Under the pieces are notes generated by a model, which was not told the origin of the DNA, searched no databases, and worked only from the letters and a program-made list of their open reading frames with translations. From an uncultured Candidatus Saccharibacteria bacterium (GTDB taxonomy: Bacteria; Patescibacteriota; Saccharimonadia; CAILAD01; BJGX01): a DNA stretch of 64,000 bases. The position numbers were made by a program, and so were the translations under genes. The DNA is taken from positions 12,341 through 76,340 of the forward strand of contig CAYZYH010000003.1 in the NCBI GenBank assembly GCA_964481235.1. Direction: 5' to 3'. Below are positions 31,955-42,024 of this stretch, in pieces (the first letter of the stretch is position 1; each line of letters opens with the position of its first letter).

Positions 31955-32439
31955 GCTCATCGTTAGTTTCGGTTATTGTGGCGATTATAGTTTTTACCGC
32001 CATTGGTTATTATTTTCTAAAAACTCGCGCCAATAAAACACCCAATAAAAATCGTGATTTTGACGCTCAACAAATAGACCGCTCAGGATCAGAAGACTCA
32101 AGTACTGCAAGTGTCAATAAAGATTTAGTTAAAACAAAATGGGCCGAAATAACTGCTATGCAAAATAATGGAGCAAGCGGGCTGAAAAATGCGCTTTATG
32201 AGGCTGATAAATTATTAGATTACGTGATGATTTCACAGGGCTTTTCTGGAGAAACTATGGGCGACAGACTAAAAAGTGGTGGTGGAGCTTTTACAAATAT
32301 TAATGCTATTTGGGGTGCTCACAAATTGCGCAATCAGTTAGCACACGAGGTTGAGCACGATATCGTACCCAACCAAGTAAAAAATGCCATAGAAACTCTT
32401 GGCAAGGCTATTGAAGAGCTAGGGGTATCTATAGGTTAA
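31951..32439 (+). CDS. hypothetical membrane-anchored protein inserted between gatA and gatB
   Basis: ATGA overlap with gatA stop; ends 4 nt before gatB; N-terminal TM helix; soluble domain with an Rx4H segment (RNQLAH). Confidence 0.6.
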   Translation: MSSSLVSVIVAIIVFTAIGYYFLKTRANKTPNKNRDFDAQQIDRSGSEDSSTASVNKDLVKTKWAEITAMQNNGASGLKNALYEADKLLDYVMISQGFSGETMGDRLKSGGGAFTNINAIWGAHKLRNQLAHEVEHDIVPNQVKNAIETLGKAIEELGVSIG

Positions 32440-32443
32440 CTAC

Positions 32444-33889
32444 ATGGCAAAATATACTCCAACCATTGGTATAGAAATCCACACCCAGCTTGCTACAAAA
32501 AGTAAGATGTTTTGTGCCTGCGACAATCATAGCGTAGAGGCAGAGCCTAACACCAACATTTGTCCAGTTTGCTTGGCACTACCTGGTGTCTTGCCTGTAC
32601 CCAATAAGGGAGCGGTAGAGCTAGCTATTAAGCTATGCAAGGGCCTAAATGCAAAAATTGCCGAAAATACAAGCTTTGATAGAAAAAACTATTTTTATCC
32701 TGACTCGCCCAAGGGTTATCAAATAACCCAAATGGATGAGCCAATTATTCAAAAAGGTTACGTAGAGATTTTGGTGGATGGTGAGTTTAAAAAAATTGGC
32801 ATTCATCGTGCGCATTTAGAGGAAGATGCGGGAAAACTAACACACCCTATAGGCAAAGATTACAGCTTGGTTGATTTTAATAGAGCCGGTACGCCACTTA
32901 TTGAGATAGTTAGTGAACCAGAAATGCATTCGCCAATTGAAGCCAAAAGATACCTTCAAGAGGTTTACGCAATTGCCACTACTCTAGGAGTTACTCATGG
33001 TGACTTACAGCACGGCAATTTTAAGTTTGATTTGAATATTTCAGTAAGTGATAATAATGAGCTGGGCACACGAACTGAACTAAAGAACCTTAATTCTTTT
33101 AGAAATGCTGAGCGCGCTCTGACCTATGAAATCAAGCGACAAATTGAGGTGATAGAATCAGGTGGAAAAGTTGACCAAGAAACACGTGGCTGGGATGACG
33201 GCAAAGGCAAGACCTTTAGCCAACGTGGCAAAGAACACGCACACGATTATCGCTATTTTCCCGAGCCTGATATTCCACCACTTATGCTAAAACCAGAATT
33301 TGTAAGCGAGGTACAGTCGCAAATTAATGACGTAGTTATGCCTATTCAAGTACGCAAAAATCTAGTTAAGCTCAATATTAGTATTGATTCGCAAGATATT
33401 TTTGTAAGTCAAAATACAACCGGCAAAATATTTTTTGAGGCTAGTAAGCTACTAGGCAATAAGCCTGAGATAGACAAAAAAATTATCAATTGGCTTACAG
33501 GTGACTACCAAGCTTGGTTATCTGAAAATAGCGAAGATAACTCAAGGCTTACCGGTGAGAATCTGGCTGAGCTTATTGAGGTGGTCCAAAAAGGCGATAT
33601 ATCATCAAAGACTGCCAAGAGTATTTTTGCAGAAGTAATTACCGGCTCCAGGCCCAAGCAAATCGTAGAGCAACAAGGGCTAGTACAGATTTCCAACAAC
33701 AAAGAGCTAGAAGACATTGTGCGTGATTTGATTTCGAAAAACCCAAATGCCGTATCCGACTACAAAAACGGCAATACAAAGGCGGCTGGCTTCTTTGTGG
33801 GGCAAGTAATGCAGGCTACAAAAGGACAAGCAAACCCTGGCAAAGCTAATGAGCTTGTGCTTAAATTATTAGAAGAGCAATCTGTCTAA
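32444..33889 (+). CDS. gatB: aspartyl/glutamyl-tRNA amidotransferase subunit B
   Basis: 481 aa; typical GatB N-terminus (..IGIEIHTQL..KMFC.C) and C-terminal YqeY-like tail. Confidence 0.9.
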   Translation: MAKYTPTIGIEIHTQLATKSKMFCACDNHSVEAEPNTNICPVCLALPGVLPVPNKGAVELAIKLCKGLNAKIAENTSFDRKNYFYPDSPKGYQITQMDEPIIQKGYVEILVDGEFKKIGIHRAHLEEDAGKLTHPIGKDYSLVDFNRAGTPLIEIVSEPEMHSPIEAKRYLQEVYAIATTLGVTHGDLQHGNFKFDLNISVSDNNELGTRTELKNLNSFRNAERALTYEIKRQIEVIESGGKVDQETRGWDDGKGKTFSQRGKEHAHDYRYFPEPDIPPLMLKPEFVSEVQSQINDVVMPIQVRKNLVKLNISIDSQDIFVSQNTTGKIFFEASKLLGNKPEIDKKIINWLTGDYQAWLSENSEDNSRLTGENLAELIEVVQKGDISSKTAKSIFAEVITGSRPKQIVEQQGLVQISNNKELEDIVRDLISKNPNAVSDYKNGNTKAAGFFVGQVMQATKGQANPGKANELVLKLLEEQSV

Positions 33890-33921
33890 ATTAGTAATCT
33901 TAACCAAGAAAGTCATAAGTA

Positions 33922-34545
33922 ATGTTGTTCGAGTCTGATTTGTTAAGTAGCTTCAATGAAATGTGGCAATCTATTGTGCAGGCTTTGCCACGGATTGGCC
34001 GAGGCGTTGTTTTTGTAATTATTGGTATTTTGGTGGTTAGACTATTAATGAGGTTGTTGTCTAGATTCATTGATTACTTCCATATTTCACTAGGGCTAAA
34101 AGAAATTTTAATAATTTTAGCACGTGGCGGATTGTGGGCTCTACTTGCAATTGGAATATTACAAATACTTGGTCTCACTAATATTGCCTTTGCACTTACT
34201 GGTTTTATTGCCGCGCTTTCTATAGGTATATCCCAGGGATTTACGCAGACAGTTTCAGATTTGGTATCTGGTATTCAACTAGCTAATGATCACGATTTTA
34301 GGGTGGGTGATAAAGTAATTGTGGGTGATAGCGATATGCGTCAAGAAGGCTATATTGTAGAGATGGACACCAAGAAAACTCGACTTATAGACAATAAGGG
34401 CGACCTACATATACTACCCAACTCACTAGTTGACAGAAACGAGTGGACGCTTTTAGAGCGCGATGAAATAACTATCGCACATCTTAAAAGAAGTGATATA
34501 ATAAAGGTAATAAAGCATAAACTTACGAAAGGCAAAAAATCATGA
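33922..34545 (+). CDS. small-conductance mechanosensitive channel (MscS-like) family protein
   Basis: TM helices followed by DFRVGDKVIVGDSDMRQEGYIVEMDTKKTRL, the MscS beta domain. Confidence 0.65.
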   Translation: MLFESDLLSSFNEMWQSIVQALPRIGRGVVFVIIGILVVRLLMRLLSRFIDYFHISLGLKEILIILARGGLWALLAIGILQILGLTNIAFALTGFIAALSIGISQGFTQTVSDLVSGIQLANDHDFRVGDKVIVGDSDMRQEGYIVEMDTKKTRLIDNKGDLHILPNSLVDRNEWTLLERDEITIAHLKRSDIIKVIKHKLTKGKKS

Positions 34546-34811
34546 ATGGCGTAGAAATAGCTCTATTAATTGTTACATCGATTGCACTAATTATCTTAAT
34601 TATATATACAGTAGTATTTCTAGTAATAATGGTTAAAGCCCTCAAACAGATTCAGCTGGCTGCCGAAAAGGTTCAAGAAAGTGCTGACTCAGCTACTGAA
34701 CTTGTAGATGAAGTAAGGCGTACCGTAGTTAATCCGGGTATTATTGCTATGATGATAGAAAAGTACTTACATGGGCGCAGTAAAGCCAAGAAAGCCAAAA
34801 GTGATGAATAG
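34542..34811 (+). CDS. small membrane protein (DUF948-like: TM plus coiled coil)
   Basis: 89 aa; N-terminal TM helix then a charged helix. Confidence 0.45.
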   Translation: MNGVEIALLIVTSIALIILIIYTVVFLVIMVKALKQIQLAAEKVQESADSATELVDEVRRTVVNPGIIAMMIEKYLHGRSKAKKAKSDE

Positions 34812-35277
34812 CGAAGACAACAAAAAAGGTTTTTTTAAAGGCGTAATTATTGGCGGTATAATAGGTGGTGCTACTGCATTGCTATATGCTCCTAAGTCGG
34901 GCAAAGAAACAAGAGAAGATATTAAGCGCAAGCTAGACGATGCCTATACCGAACTTAATCACAAAGCGCAAGAAGCCCAAAAATCTGGAAGTGATCATAC
35001 TAAAGAACTCTTAAAAAAAGCCGAAGATATTAAACGTCAACTAGAACGCCAAAGTAACGAGATAGCTAAAAGTGGTAAAAAAGTAGGTAAAGTAACCGCT
35101 GAAGAAGCCAAGGCCTTAGCCAAAAAAGCTGCAGAACTAACATCTGAACTTGCCAATAGTACAAAAAAAGTTGTTAAACAGAGCCAAAAAGAAGTAAACA
35201 GACTACAAACCAAGGCGGCCAAAGAACGAGCCAAAAAAGACTATTCTAACAATAAGAAACCTGCCGATAAAAAATAG
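34804..35277 (+). CDS. YtxH-like protein
   Basis: GFFKGVIIGGIIGGATALLYAPKSGKETREDIK matches the YtxH glycine-zipper start; start trimmed to the ATG at 34804. Confidence 0.5.
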   Translation: MNSEDNKKGFFKGVIIGGIIGGATALLYAPKSGKETREDIKRKLDDAYTELNHKAQEAQKSGSDHTKELLKKAEDIKRQLERQSNEIAKSGKKVGKVTAEEAKALAKKAAELTSELANSTKKVVKQSQKEVNRLQTKAAKERAKKDYSNNKKPADKK

Positions 35278-35526
35278 ATGTCCAAAACTCCCAAATCACA
35301 CAAGATTGCTAACACGATCGGGCTAGATCACATAAATGAATTGCTGTCCAACCAAAGAAAGCTAACTTGGCTTAACATTAAGGTTGGGATGTTAAGAGGG
35401 TTTGGTGGTGTAATAGGTGCAGCCATTGCAATTTTACTAATTGGTTTTTTGGTTTCAAGGCTCGGTGGGCTACCATTAATTGGTGATTTTATTAGAAGTA
35501 TTGGTGAAGCCGCCAATCTTCAGTAG
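35278..35526 (+). CDS. hypothetical small membrane protein (82 aa)
   Basis: ORF with a C-terminal TM segment. Confidence 0.4.
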   Translation: MSKTPKSHKIANTIGLDHINELLSNQRKLTWLNIKVGMLRGFGGVIGAAIAILLIGFLVSRLGGLPLIGDFIRSIGEAANLQ

Positions 35527-35591
35527 TTAAAACGCAAGTAGTTTAAAACTGATATAATACAACTTAGAAGAATAAGAGGTGAGTTAAAGTT

Positions 35592-38500
35592 GTGAGTGTA
35601 AATGTAGACAATCTTAATCCGGTAATAACCAAAGCCCGTAATTCTAAGGGCTTTGTTGATTTTGTGCATTTACACAATCACACCCACTATAGTTTACTAG
35701 ACGGACTACAAAAAGTTCCTACTCTACTTAACTATGTACAAGAACTAGGCCAGACGGCTTGCGCAATTACTGACCATGGTAGCTTGTCTGGTGCGATAGA
35801 ATTTTATAAGTCGTGCAAAGAAAGAGATATTAAGCCTATAATTGGTATTGAAGCATACATAGCACCTAGAACCTATCTAGATAAAAATAGCGCCGAAGAC
35901 CGCAATCCATTTCACCTCATTTTGTTAGCCCAAAATATTACTGGCTATAAAAACCTTATGAAGCTTAGTACTATAGCAAACCTCGAAGGCTTTTATTACA
36001 AACCTCGTATAGATCACGATCTATTAAAAAAACACAATGAAGGTATAATTTGTCTTTCTGGATGTATTGGTGGCGAGGTAGGGTCCCACCTTAACAACGA
36101 CAACTACAAAGAAGCTAAAAAAGTTGCTCAGATCTATAAAGATATATTTGGTCGCGAAAGATATTATTTAGAAATGCAACCCCACCTAGACTGGGAGCCT
36201 CAAGTGAAGGTTAATAATGGCTTAAAAAAGCTCAGTAAAGAACTCGATTTGCAGCTGGTTGTAACTGGTGATGCTCACTATACCAAGCCCGAAGATCACT
36301 ATCCGCACGATATTTTACTTTGCGTACAAACCGGCAGCACCATTGAAGATCCTAATAGATTTAAACTAGACCAAGACCTCAGTATTCATTCTGGTGCCGA
36401 CATGCTAGAAAAATTTAGTGATCATCCAGAAGCAATCGCTAATACTGTTAAAATTGCACAAATGTGTGATTTAGAAATTGAACTAGGTCGCATACTTATA
36501 CCGCGATTTCCAGATTTGCCCGAAGGTGAAACTGAAAGAAGCTACCTCCGTAAATTGGTATTTAGTGGCGCCGCCAATCGATATACTGATATTCCAAGAG
36601 AGGATTTATTAGAAATTACCGAAGACAAGGTGGTGGAGAAATTGCCAAGCAACGTGTTGGAGCGAATTGAGTATGAGCTAGAGGTGATCGCCGATATGGG
36701 TTATGAGGGTTACATGCTTATAGTTGCAGATCTTATTAACTGGAGTAAAAGCCAAGGTATTATTTGTGGACCAGGACGCGGTAGTGCAGCCGGCAGTATC
36801 ATTGCTTATGCTACCAATATTACCGAGATAGATCCATTAAAATACGATTTGCTATTTGAGAGGTTTCTAAACCCAGACCGTATTAGTATGCCAGATATCG
36901 ATATGGATTACGCTGATGACCGTAGAGAAGAAGTAATAAATTATGCTACACAAAAATACGGACAAGATAGGGTAGCGCAAATTATTACTTTCGGCACAAT
37001 GGCAGCTCGCAACGCCGTAAGAGACACTGGTCGAGTATTAGACATGCCTTATGGCGAGGTAGATGCTATCGCTAAGCTCATACCAGCGCCCGTACAAGGT
37101 CGACATATACCACTCGAAAAATCAATCGTTGATAATCCAGAGCTTAAGGCCGAATATCAAACCAACCCCAAAGCCAAACAAGTTATTGATATTGCCACAA
37201 AACTAGAAGGCACTATTAGAAACGCTGGCACACATGCTGCCGGAGTAGTAATTGCTCCAGAAAACTTGGTAGAATACGTACCTTTGGTGCGGGCTAGTAA
37301 GGGTGGTATAGCAACACAATACTCGATGAATCCGGTTGAAGATTTAGGCTTGCTCAAATTCGACTTTCTTGGTCTATCTAACCTTACTATTATAAAAAAC
37401 ACTCTTAGAATTTTAAAAAAAGTATATGACATCGATCTAAAAGTTACCGATATTCCAATTGACGACACTAAGACTTATGAGCTAATGAGTAGAGGAGATA
37501 CGACCGGAGTTTTTCAGCTAGAATCTGCGGGGATGAAACGTTATTTACGCGAGCTCAAGCCTGACAAATTTGAAGACATTGTAGCTATGGGTGCGCTATA
37601 TAGACCCGGTCCTATGCAATGGATAGAAGACTTTATTAATCGTAAGCACAACCCAGATCTTATTGCTTATGGTCATCCCAAAATGCAGGCTGCTCTGCAA
37701 GAGACTTACGGTATAATTGTTTATCAAGAACAGGTAATGCAAATTGCCAAAGATCTTTGTGGTTTTACAGGGGGTCAAGCCGATACTCTAAGAAAAGGTA
37801 TAGGTAAAAAAATACCAGAAGTCTTGGCCAAAATGAAGCAAGAATTTATAGAGGGAGCTATTGAAACTTCTCAAGTAGATCAAAAATTTGTAGAAGATCT
37901 TTGGAAAAGTTTAGAAGATTTTGCTGCGTATAGTTTTAATAAAAGTCATGCTGCTTGTTATGGGCTTATTGCTGTCCAAACAGCCTACCTCAAAGCTCAT
38001 TATCCGGCCGCATTTATGGCTGCCCTTATGACTAGTGATCATGAAAATTTAGACAGAATCGCTATTGAGGTGTCTGAGTGTCGCAAGATGGGGCTCGAGC
38101 TACTCCCCCCAGATATTAACGAAAGTTTTGCAGAATTTGCGGTTGTTCCGGATACCCAAAATATTAGGTTTGGATTGGGGGCGGTAAAAAATGTTGGCCT
38201 TGGCCCAATAGAGAAAATTTTAGAGGCCAGAAGCGAGGGAGGAAAATTCAAAAACTTAGAAGATTTTTGTAGCAGAGTAGAAGCTACCGTAGTGAATAAA
38301 AAGGTCATGGAATCCCTTATAAAGTGTGGTGCTTTTGATGGTCTTGGTGATAGAGATGTACTTTTAAATAATGTAGAAATTATTACGAGTTATGCATCGC
38401 GAGTGCAGAAAAATGCCTTGAGTGGTCAGGTAGATATTTTTGGTAGTATTGGAATGGATCAAGAAAGTCCACCATTAGCACTTGTATCACCAAAAGACAA

Positions 38501-39239
38501 AACCGACCCTCGCACACACCTTATGTGGGAAAGAGAGTTACTCGGGCTGTTTATTAGCTCTCATCCCCTAGATGACTTTAATAATTATCTCACTTCTAAA
38601 ACTCAAAATATAAAAAACTTTAATAAAAGTGACGACTCCAAACCAATTACCGTAGGGGGTATAGTAATAGGTTTACGACAAATATATACTCGTAATAACG
38701 ACCCTATGGCTTTTGTGCAATTAGAGACAATATATGGCGATGTAGAAGTAATAGTATTTCCGAGAGTTTTTGAAAAAGACAAAGCTATTTGGGCACTAGA
38801 CAATGTTTTGGAGGTCAAAGGCAAGATAAATGCACGCGACAGAGATGGTAACCCCACCGACGACTTAAAGGTTATCGCCAACCAAGCTAAATTAATAAAC
38901 CACCAAACCGCCATGCACTTTCCACCACCCAACCAGACAGTTATGGGAGGCATAGAATCTCAAGTAAAAGCAGTAAATAGTGACAAGACTACAGGTATAA
39001 CCCAGATCATCATTACTCTACAATCAGCTACAGAGAGTGAAAAACTTTTGGCTATTAAGAAAACACTACAAGCCCACCCCGGCTCTACTAGTGTGTTGCT
39101 GCATTTTAGTGGCCAAAATCAAAAACTCAAAATACCTACTGGTGTGAAATGTAATGATGATTTCTTGAATAATCTAAACAATATAGTTGGAAAAGATAGT
39201 ATTAAAATTAAAAGAGCCCCAACAAAAGTTGAGGCTTAG
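35592..39239 (+). CDS. dnaE: DNA polymerase III alpha subunit
   Basis: 1215 aa; N-terminal PHP domain (HLHNHTHYSLLDG), polymerase core, OB fold; GTG start. Confidence 0.95.
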   Translation: MSVNVDNLNPVITKARNSKGFVDFVHLHNHTHYSLLDGLQKVPTLLNYVQELGQTACAITDHGSLSGAIEFYKSCKERDIKPIIGIEAYIAPRTYLDKNSAEDRNPFHLILLAQNITGYKNLMKLSTIANLEGFYYKPRIDHDLLKKHNEGIICLSGCIGGEVGSHLNNDNYKEAKKVAQIYKDIFGRERYYLEMQPHLDWEPQVKVNNGLKKLSKELDLQLVVTGDAHYTKPEDHYPHDILLCVQTGSTIEDPNRFKLDQDLSIHSGADMLEKFSDHPEAIANTVKIAQMCDLEIELGRILIPRFPDLPEGETERSYLRKLVFSGAANRYTDIPREDLLEITEDKVVEKLPSNVLERIEYELEVIADMGYEGYMLIVADLINWSKSQGIICGPGRGSAAGSIIAYATNITEIDPLKYDLLFERFLNPDRISMPDIDMDYADDRREEVINYATQKYGQDRVAQIITFGTMAARNAVRDTGRVLDMPYGEVDAIAKLIPAPVQGRHIPLEKSIVDNPELKAEYQTNPKAKQVIDIATKLEGTIRNAGTHAAGVVIAPENLVEYVPLVRASKGGIATQYSMNPVEDLGLLKFDFLGLSNLTIIKNTLRILKKVYDIDLKVTDIPIDDTKTYELMSRGDTTGVFQLESAGMKRYLRELKPDKFEDIVAMGALYRPGPMQWIEDFINRKHNPDLIAYGHPKMQAALQETYGIIVYQEQVMQIAKDLCGFTGGQADTLRKGIGKKIPEVLAKMKQEFIEGAIETSQVDQKFVEDLWKSLEDFAAYSFNKSHAACYGLIAVQTAYLKAHYPAAFMAALMTSDHENLDRIAIEVSECRKMGLELLPPDINESFAEFAVVPDTQNIRFGLGAVKNVGLGPIEKILEARSEGGKFKNLEDFCSRVEATVVNKKVMESLIKCGAFDGLGDRDVLLNNVEIITSYASRVQKNALSGQVDIFGSIGMDQESPPLALVSPKDKTDPRTHLMWERELLGLFISSHPLDDFNNYLTSKTQNIKNFNKSDDSKPITVGGIVIGLRQIYTRNNDPMAFVQLETIYGDVEVIVFPRVFEKDKAIWALDNVLEVKGKINARDRDGNPTDDLKVIANQAKLINHQTAMHFPPPNQTVMGGIESQVKAVNSDKTTGITQIIITLQSATESEKLLAIKKTLQAHPGSTSVLLHFSGQNQKLKIPTGVKCNDDFLNNLNNIVGKDSIKIKRAPTKVEA

Positions 39240-39247
39240 TTATGTGT

Positions 39248-39709
39248 TTAGCAGTTTACAATTCTATATGCTCTCAGCATTTTTAATATTTCATCCGGAT
39301 CAACCACTTCGGTCTCACCGAATCCTTCAATTTCTACACTCTGACGATTAGGAATCAAAGCACTATTCGTGAAGATTTTTTCAAACGCGACTAGATATTG
39401 TACGGTTTGAGAAATGAGTTTAATGTCTATATCTTTGCCTACAGGAAGGTTATATCTTCTAAGCCTTTCCTCCGCAATAACTACAAAAAGCTCACTTACA
39501 ATAATTTGCTTACTTACTACTACCAGATCGTAAGCGGCTATATCACCAGAACCTAGCCAAAAACCATTCGCATTGTACCAATGTGCCTGGGTGATAATGC
39601 GGTTACTTTGTGATCGCCACTGATCTTGTTGAAGGCCAAATGGCGGGGCTACATATAGTTTTCTCTTGGCATCAGCATAAATGCCTTTTACTAATTGTGC
39701 CACTATCAA
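39248..39709 (-). CDS. hypothetical protein (153 aa), local paralog family
   Basis: No overlapping + strand ORF; motifs LGSGDIAAYDLVVV and VGKDIDIKLIS resemble the other - strand small ORFs. Confidence 0.5.
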   Translation of the reverse strand: MIVAQLVKGIYADAKRKLYVAPPFGLQQDQWRSQSNRIITQAHWYNANGFWLGSGDIAAYDLVVVSKQIIVSELFVVIAEERLRRYNLPVGKDIDIKLISQTVQYLVAFEKIFTNSALIPNRQSVEIEGFGETEVVDPDEILKMLRAYRIVNC

Positions 39710-39921
39710 CCTTTCTAAGTAGGTTCCTTCTCTTTTTTAGAGAGCTTCTAAAAACATTAACAAACTTAGTAATATTATTCAAGTGATAATTAGTATTTAT
39801 TGGTACAAATATGTGAAATATCAGTGTATATTGCCTATGTTTCACAGATTAGTACAGATGTGCCCGCTAGGGTGGTTAAACTCTTGCAGTAGTAAATGGT
39901 TTGTGGTACACTGGCTTGGTT

Positions 39922-40605
39922 ATGAATGCAATCGCTACTCTAGAAGCCAACCAAAAAAAGACCAAGTTACCCGAAATTCGTGTAGGGGATACTGTTCGTA
40001 TTCACCAACGTATTAGTGAAGGTAAAAAAAGCCGTATTCAGGTTTTTGAAGGTTTGGTTATTCGCTACCGTAAGACCGGCAGTGTACAGGCTTTTATTAC
40101 AGTTCGTAAAATCGCCTCTGGCGTAGGTGTAGAGAAAAGTTGGTTAGTACATAGCCCAAGCATAGAAAAAATTGTGGTAGTTAAACGTAGCAAGGTGCGT
40201 AGAGCTTTCTTGAGCTACATGCGCGACCGTAGCGGTAAATCTGCTCGCCTTGCTGAGATGGGCTTTGACAAAGAGATCACCAACGAGGCCGACAGCCGTA
40301 CCAAGACTCAAATAGAGGCCGAAGACAAGGCCTCCAAAGAAGAAGCTGAGCAAGCTAAGATAAAAAAAGCAGTAGATGAGTCTGGTGATGCCAGTGCCAA
40401 AGACGATGCTCTAAACGATACAGATACCGAAAGCACTGAAGATATTGCCAAAGAAGAAGACAAACGAGCTGCCAAAGAAGACCCCAACCCAGCCGAAGAC
40501 AATGTGCCAGCAACTGCACCACAAGACGAAAAGATAAACTCTGACGGTAACGATGAACAACGCGAAGCAGCCGAAGAAGCTCAAGAGGGTGTAGACAAGG
40601 AGTAA
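39922..40605 (+). CDS. rplS: 50S ribosomal protein L19 with ~110-aa acidic C-terminal extension
   Basis: The L19 core (..IRVGDTVRIHQRISEGKKSRIQVFEGLVI..) spans ~115 aa, followed by a D/E/K/A-rich low-complexity tail. Confidence 0.85.
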   Translation: MNAIATLEANQKKTKLPEIRVGDTVRIHQRISEGKKSRIQVFEGLVIRYRKTGSVQAFITVRKIASGVGVEKSWLVHSPSIEKIVVVKRSKVRRAFLSYMRDRSGKSARLAEMGFDKEITNEADSRTKTQIEAEDKASKEEAEQAKIKKAVDESGDASAKDDALNDTDTESTEDIAKEEDKRAAKEDPNPAEDNVPATAPQDEKINSDGNDEQREAAEEAQEGVDKE

Positions 40606-40622
40606 ATATCAATAGATAGTTT

Positions 40623-40648
40623 AAAACCCCCGATATCTCGGGGGTTTT
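40623..40648. terminator. bidirectional rho-independent terminator between convergent genes
   Basis: aaaa-cccccga-tatc-tcggggg-tttt. Confidence 0.7.
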
Positions 40649-40675
40649 GTTATTGATTACTTTTACCAAGCCTGC

Positions 40676-41095
40676 TCAATATTTTGGAGTGAATGCCCTG
40701 GCAAGACTAGGGTCAATAATGGTGATTTGAATATCACCATCAGACAGAGCCCACTGCACTCTACTAGCTCTTTCAACACTAGCTCGCGACATGTTCTTGT
40801 ACCCAACGGCGTCAATACATGCCAAACCGCCTCGCAACTCGTCTTCAATTGCCTCGGTAGCGGCATCAGCCTCGGCAAATCGTTTGCCACAGAACGGACA
40901 GTACTGAATGCCTGTGAGCAAAGTTGGGAAATTCTGTCTGCCTTCGGCATTGCTGTTCTGAAATAACTTGCCACCCTCGTGACCATCGACATAGGTGATT
41001 GCGCAATCTTCTGGTTGCGCTAAGCACTCATGAATATGAAGTGACGTATCTTTTTCTGCTAACGATCGCAAAAAACTCATACCTCTAAATTTCAT
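40676..41095 (-). CDS. hypothetical Cys-containing protein (139 aa; may start at the ATG at 41080)
   Basis: CX6C and CPFC pairs (possible Zn ribbon); C-terminal LSDGDIQITIIDPSLAR motif shared with 25819-; visibly higher GC than neighbours. Confidence 0.45.
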   Translation of the reverse strand: MKFRGMSFLRSLAEKDTSLHIHECLAQPEDCAITYVDGHEGGKLFQNSNAEGRQNFPTLLTGIQYCPFCGKRFAEADAATEAIEDELRGGLACIDAVGYKNMSRASVERASRVQWALSDGDIQITIIDPSLARAFTPKY

Positions 41096-41177
41096 TGGTT
41101 TCTCATTTCATCTATGAAGGTGCTATTTACTACTAATTTATAATAACACAAAAACCACTATTAATCAATCCAGACTA

Positions 41178-41205
41178 TTGTCATAATTTGATATAGTGGT
41201 ATAAT
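41178..41205 (+). promoter_or_regulatory. sigma70-like promoter (TTGTCA-N16-TATAAT) upstream of 41243
   Basis: Match to the consensus hexamers with 16-nt spacing, ~40 nt before the RBS. Confidence 0.45.
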
Positions 41206-41242
41206 AAGTTCAAATCTGTTGAAGTTTAGTAAAGGAGCTACA

Positions 41243-41536
41243 ATGGACGCACCAGAAAAGATTAGTACCGATCCAACCGGGGTACCAATTAGACCTAGTA
41301 TAGAAGGATGGTTATTCTCATCACTATGGGGGTCAGTATTTAGCTGTTATTACCTAGAAGGCAGTAATGTATATCATTTGGTATATGTAGATGAAGAACT
41401 AATGAGTCAAAAACCAATTGGTAAAGCCAAAGATATACCAGAAGCCAGAGAAGTGGCTATGGCTTATGCAGAAACTTTTTGGCAATCTGGCGCTACTGCA
41501 CTACACCAAAAGAAATGGTGTACACCCAAACCATGA
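41243..41536 (+). CDS. hypothetical protein (97 aa)
   Basis: AGGAG RBS 8 nt upstream of the ATG at 41243 (ORF-track start 41219 trimmed). Confidence 0.5.
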   Translation: MDAPEKISTDPTGVPIRPSIEGWLFSSLWGSVFSCYYLEGSNVYHLVYVDEELMSQKPIGKAKDIPEAREVAMAYAETFWQSGATALHQKKWCTPKP

Positions 41537-41561
41537 CACCACATGCAAAGATAAATTAAAT

Positions 41562-41590
41562 CCCCCGCCAATTTGGCGGGGGATAATTTT
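41562..41590. terminator. hairpin terminator between convergent genes
   Basis: cccccgcc-aattt-ggcggggg followed by an AT/T-rich tract. Confidence 0.55.
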
Positions 41591-41612
41591 GTCAATTAAA
41601 AGCAGATTTTAG

Positions 41613-41939
41613 CTACTGTGTATTATTAAAACCCTCAGTCTCTAACATATTAAGAAGAAACTGTATATCCGTGTTTCCTCCAGCAAAAACTAGCCTAGAT
41701 ATATTATTATCACCCTGACTAAAAGCTACTACTATCTTGGAATGATCAGCGCTTTCTAAGTGGTAAATACCAGACTCCAAAGCTGTTCTCAAGATCTCAT
41801 GGGCGGAATGGATTGGTAACAACTCATTTGAAGTTCTTAAACTCCTCTGCGGCCTATTGGCTTCTATTCTAGTAAATTCAATAAGCCTGAACTGAATAAC
41901 GTCACTCGGTTTTACCACAAAATGTGTGTTACTTGCCAT
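41613..41939 (-). CDS. hypothetical protein (108 aa), paralog of 42672-
   Basis: Shares ..SDV.., ..LES..KVVV.F.. and C-terminal G.xDIxxLL motifs with the ORF at 42672..43043. Confidence 0.5.
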   Translation of the reverse strand: MASNTHFVVKPSDVIQFRLIEFTRIEANRPQRSLRTSNELLPIHSAHEILRTALESGIYHLESADHSKIVVAFSQGDNNISRLVFAGGNTDIQFLLNMLETEGFNNTQ

Positions 41940-42024
41940 AGCTATCCTCCTATAGGTGCTGTCGGCTAGTATAAACTAAAATTTGTTGTTTGACAATATC
42001 TAGTTGCAGTATAATAGAGCGGTA

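Noticed and set aside
34771-34803. Upstream extension of the YtxH-like gene (ORF start 34771)
   Set aside because: It would overlap the preceding gene by 41 nt; the internal ATG at 34804 gives the canonical MNSEDNKKGFFKG start of the glycine-zipper motif
40663-40992. Alternative-frame - strand ORF (109 aa) and + strand ORF 40727..40966
   Set aside because: Both overlap the longer 40676..41095 ORF, which carries the shared family motifs; no independent support
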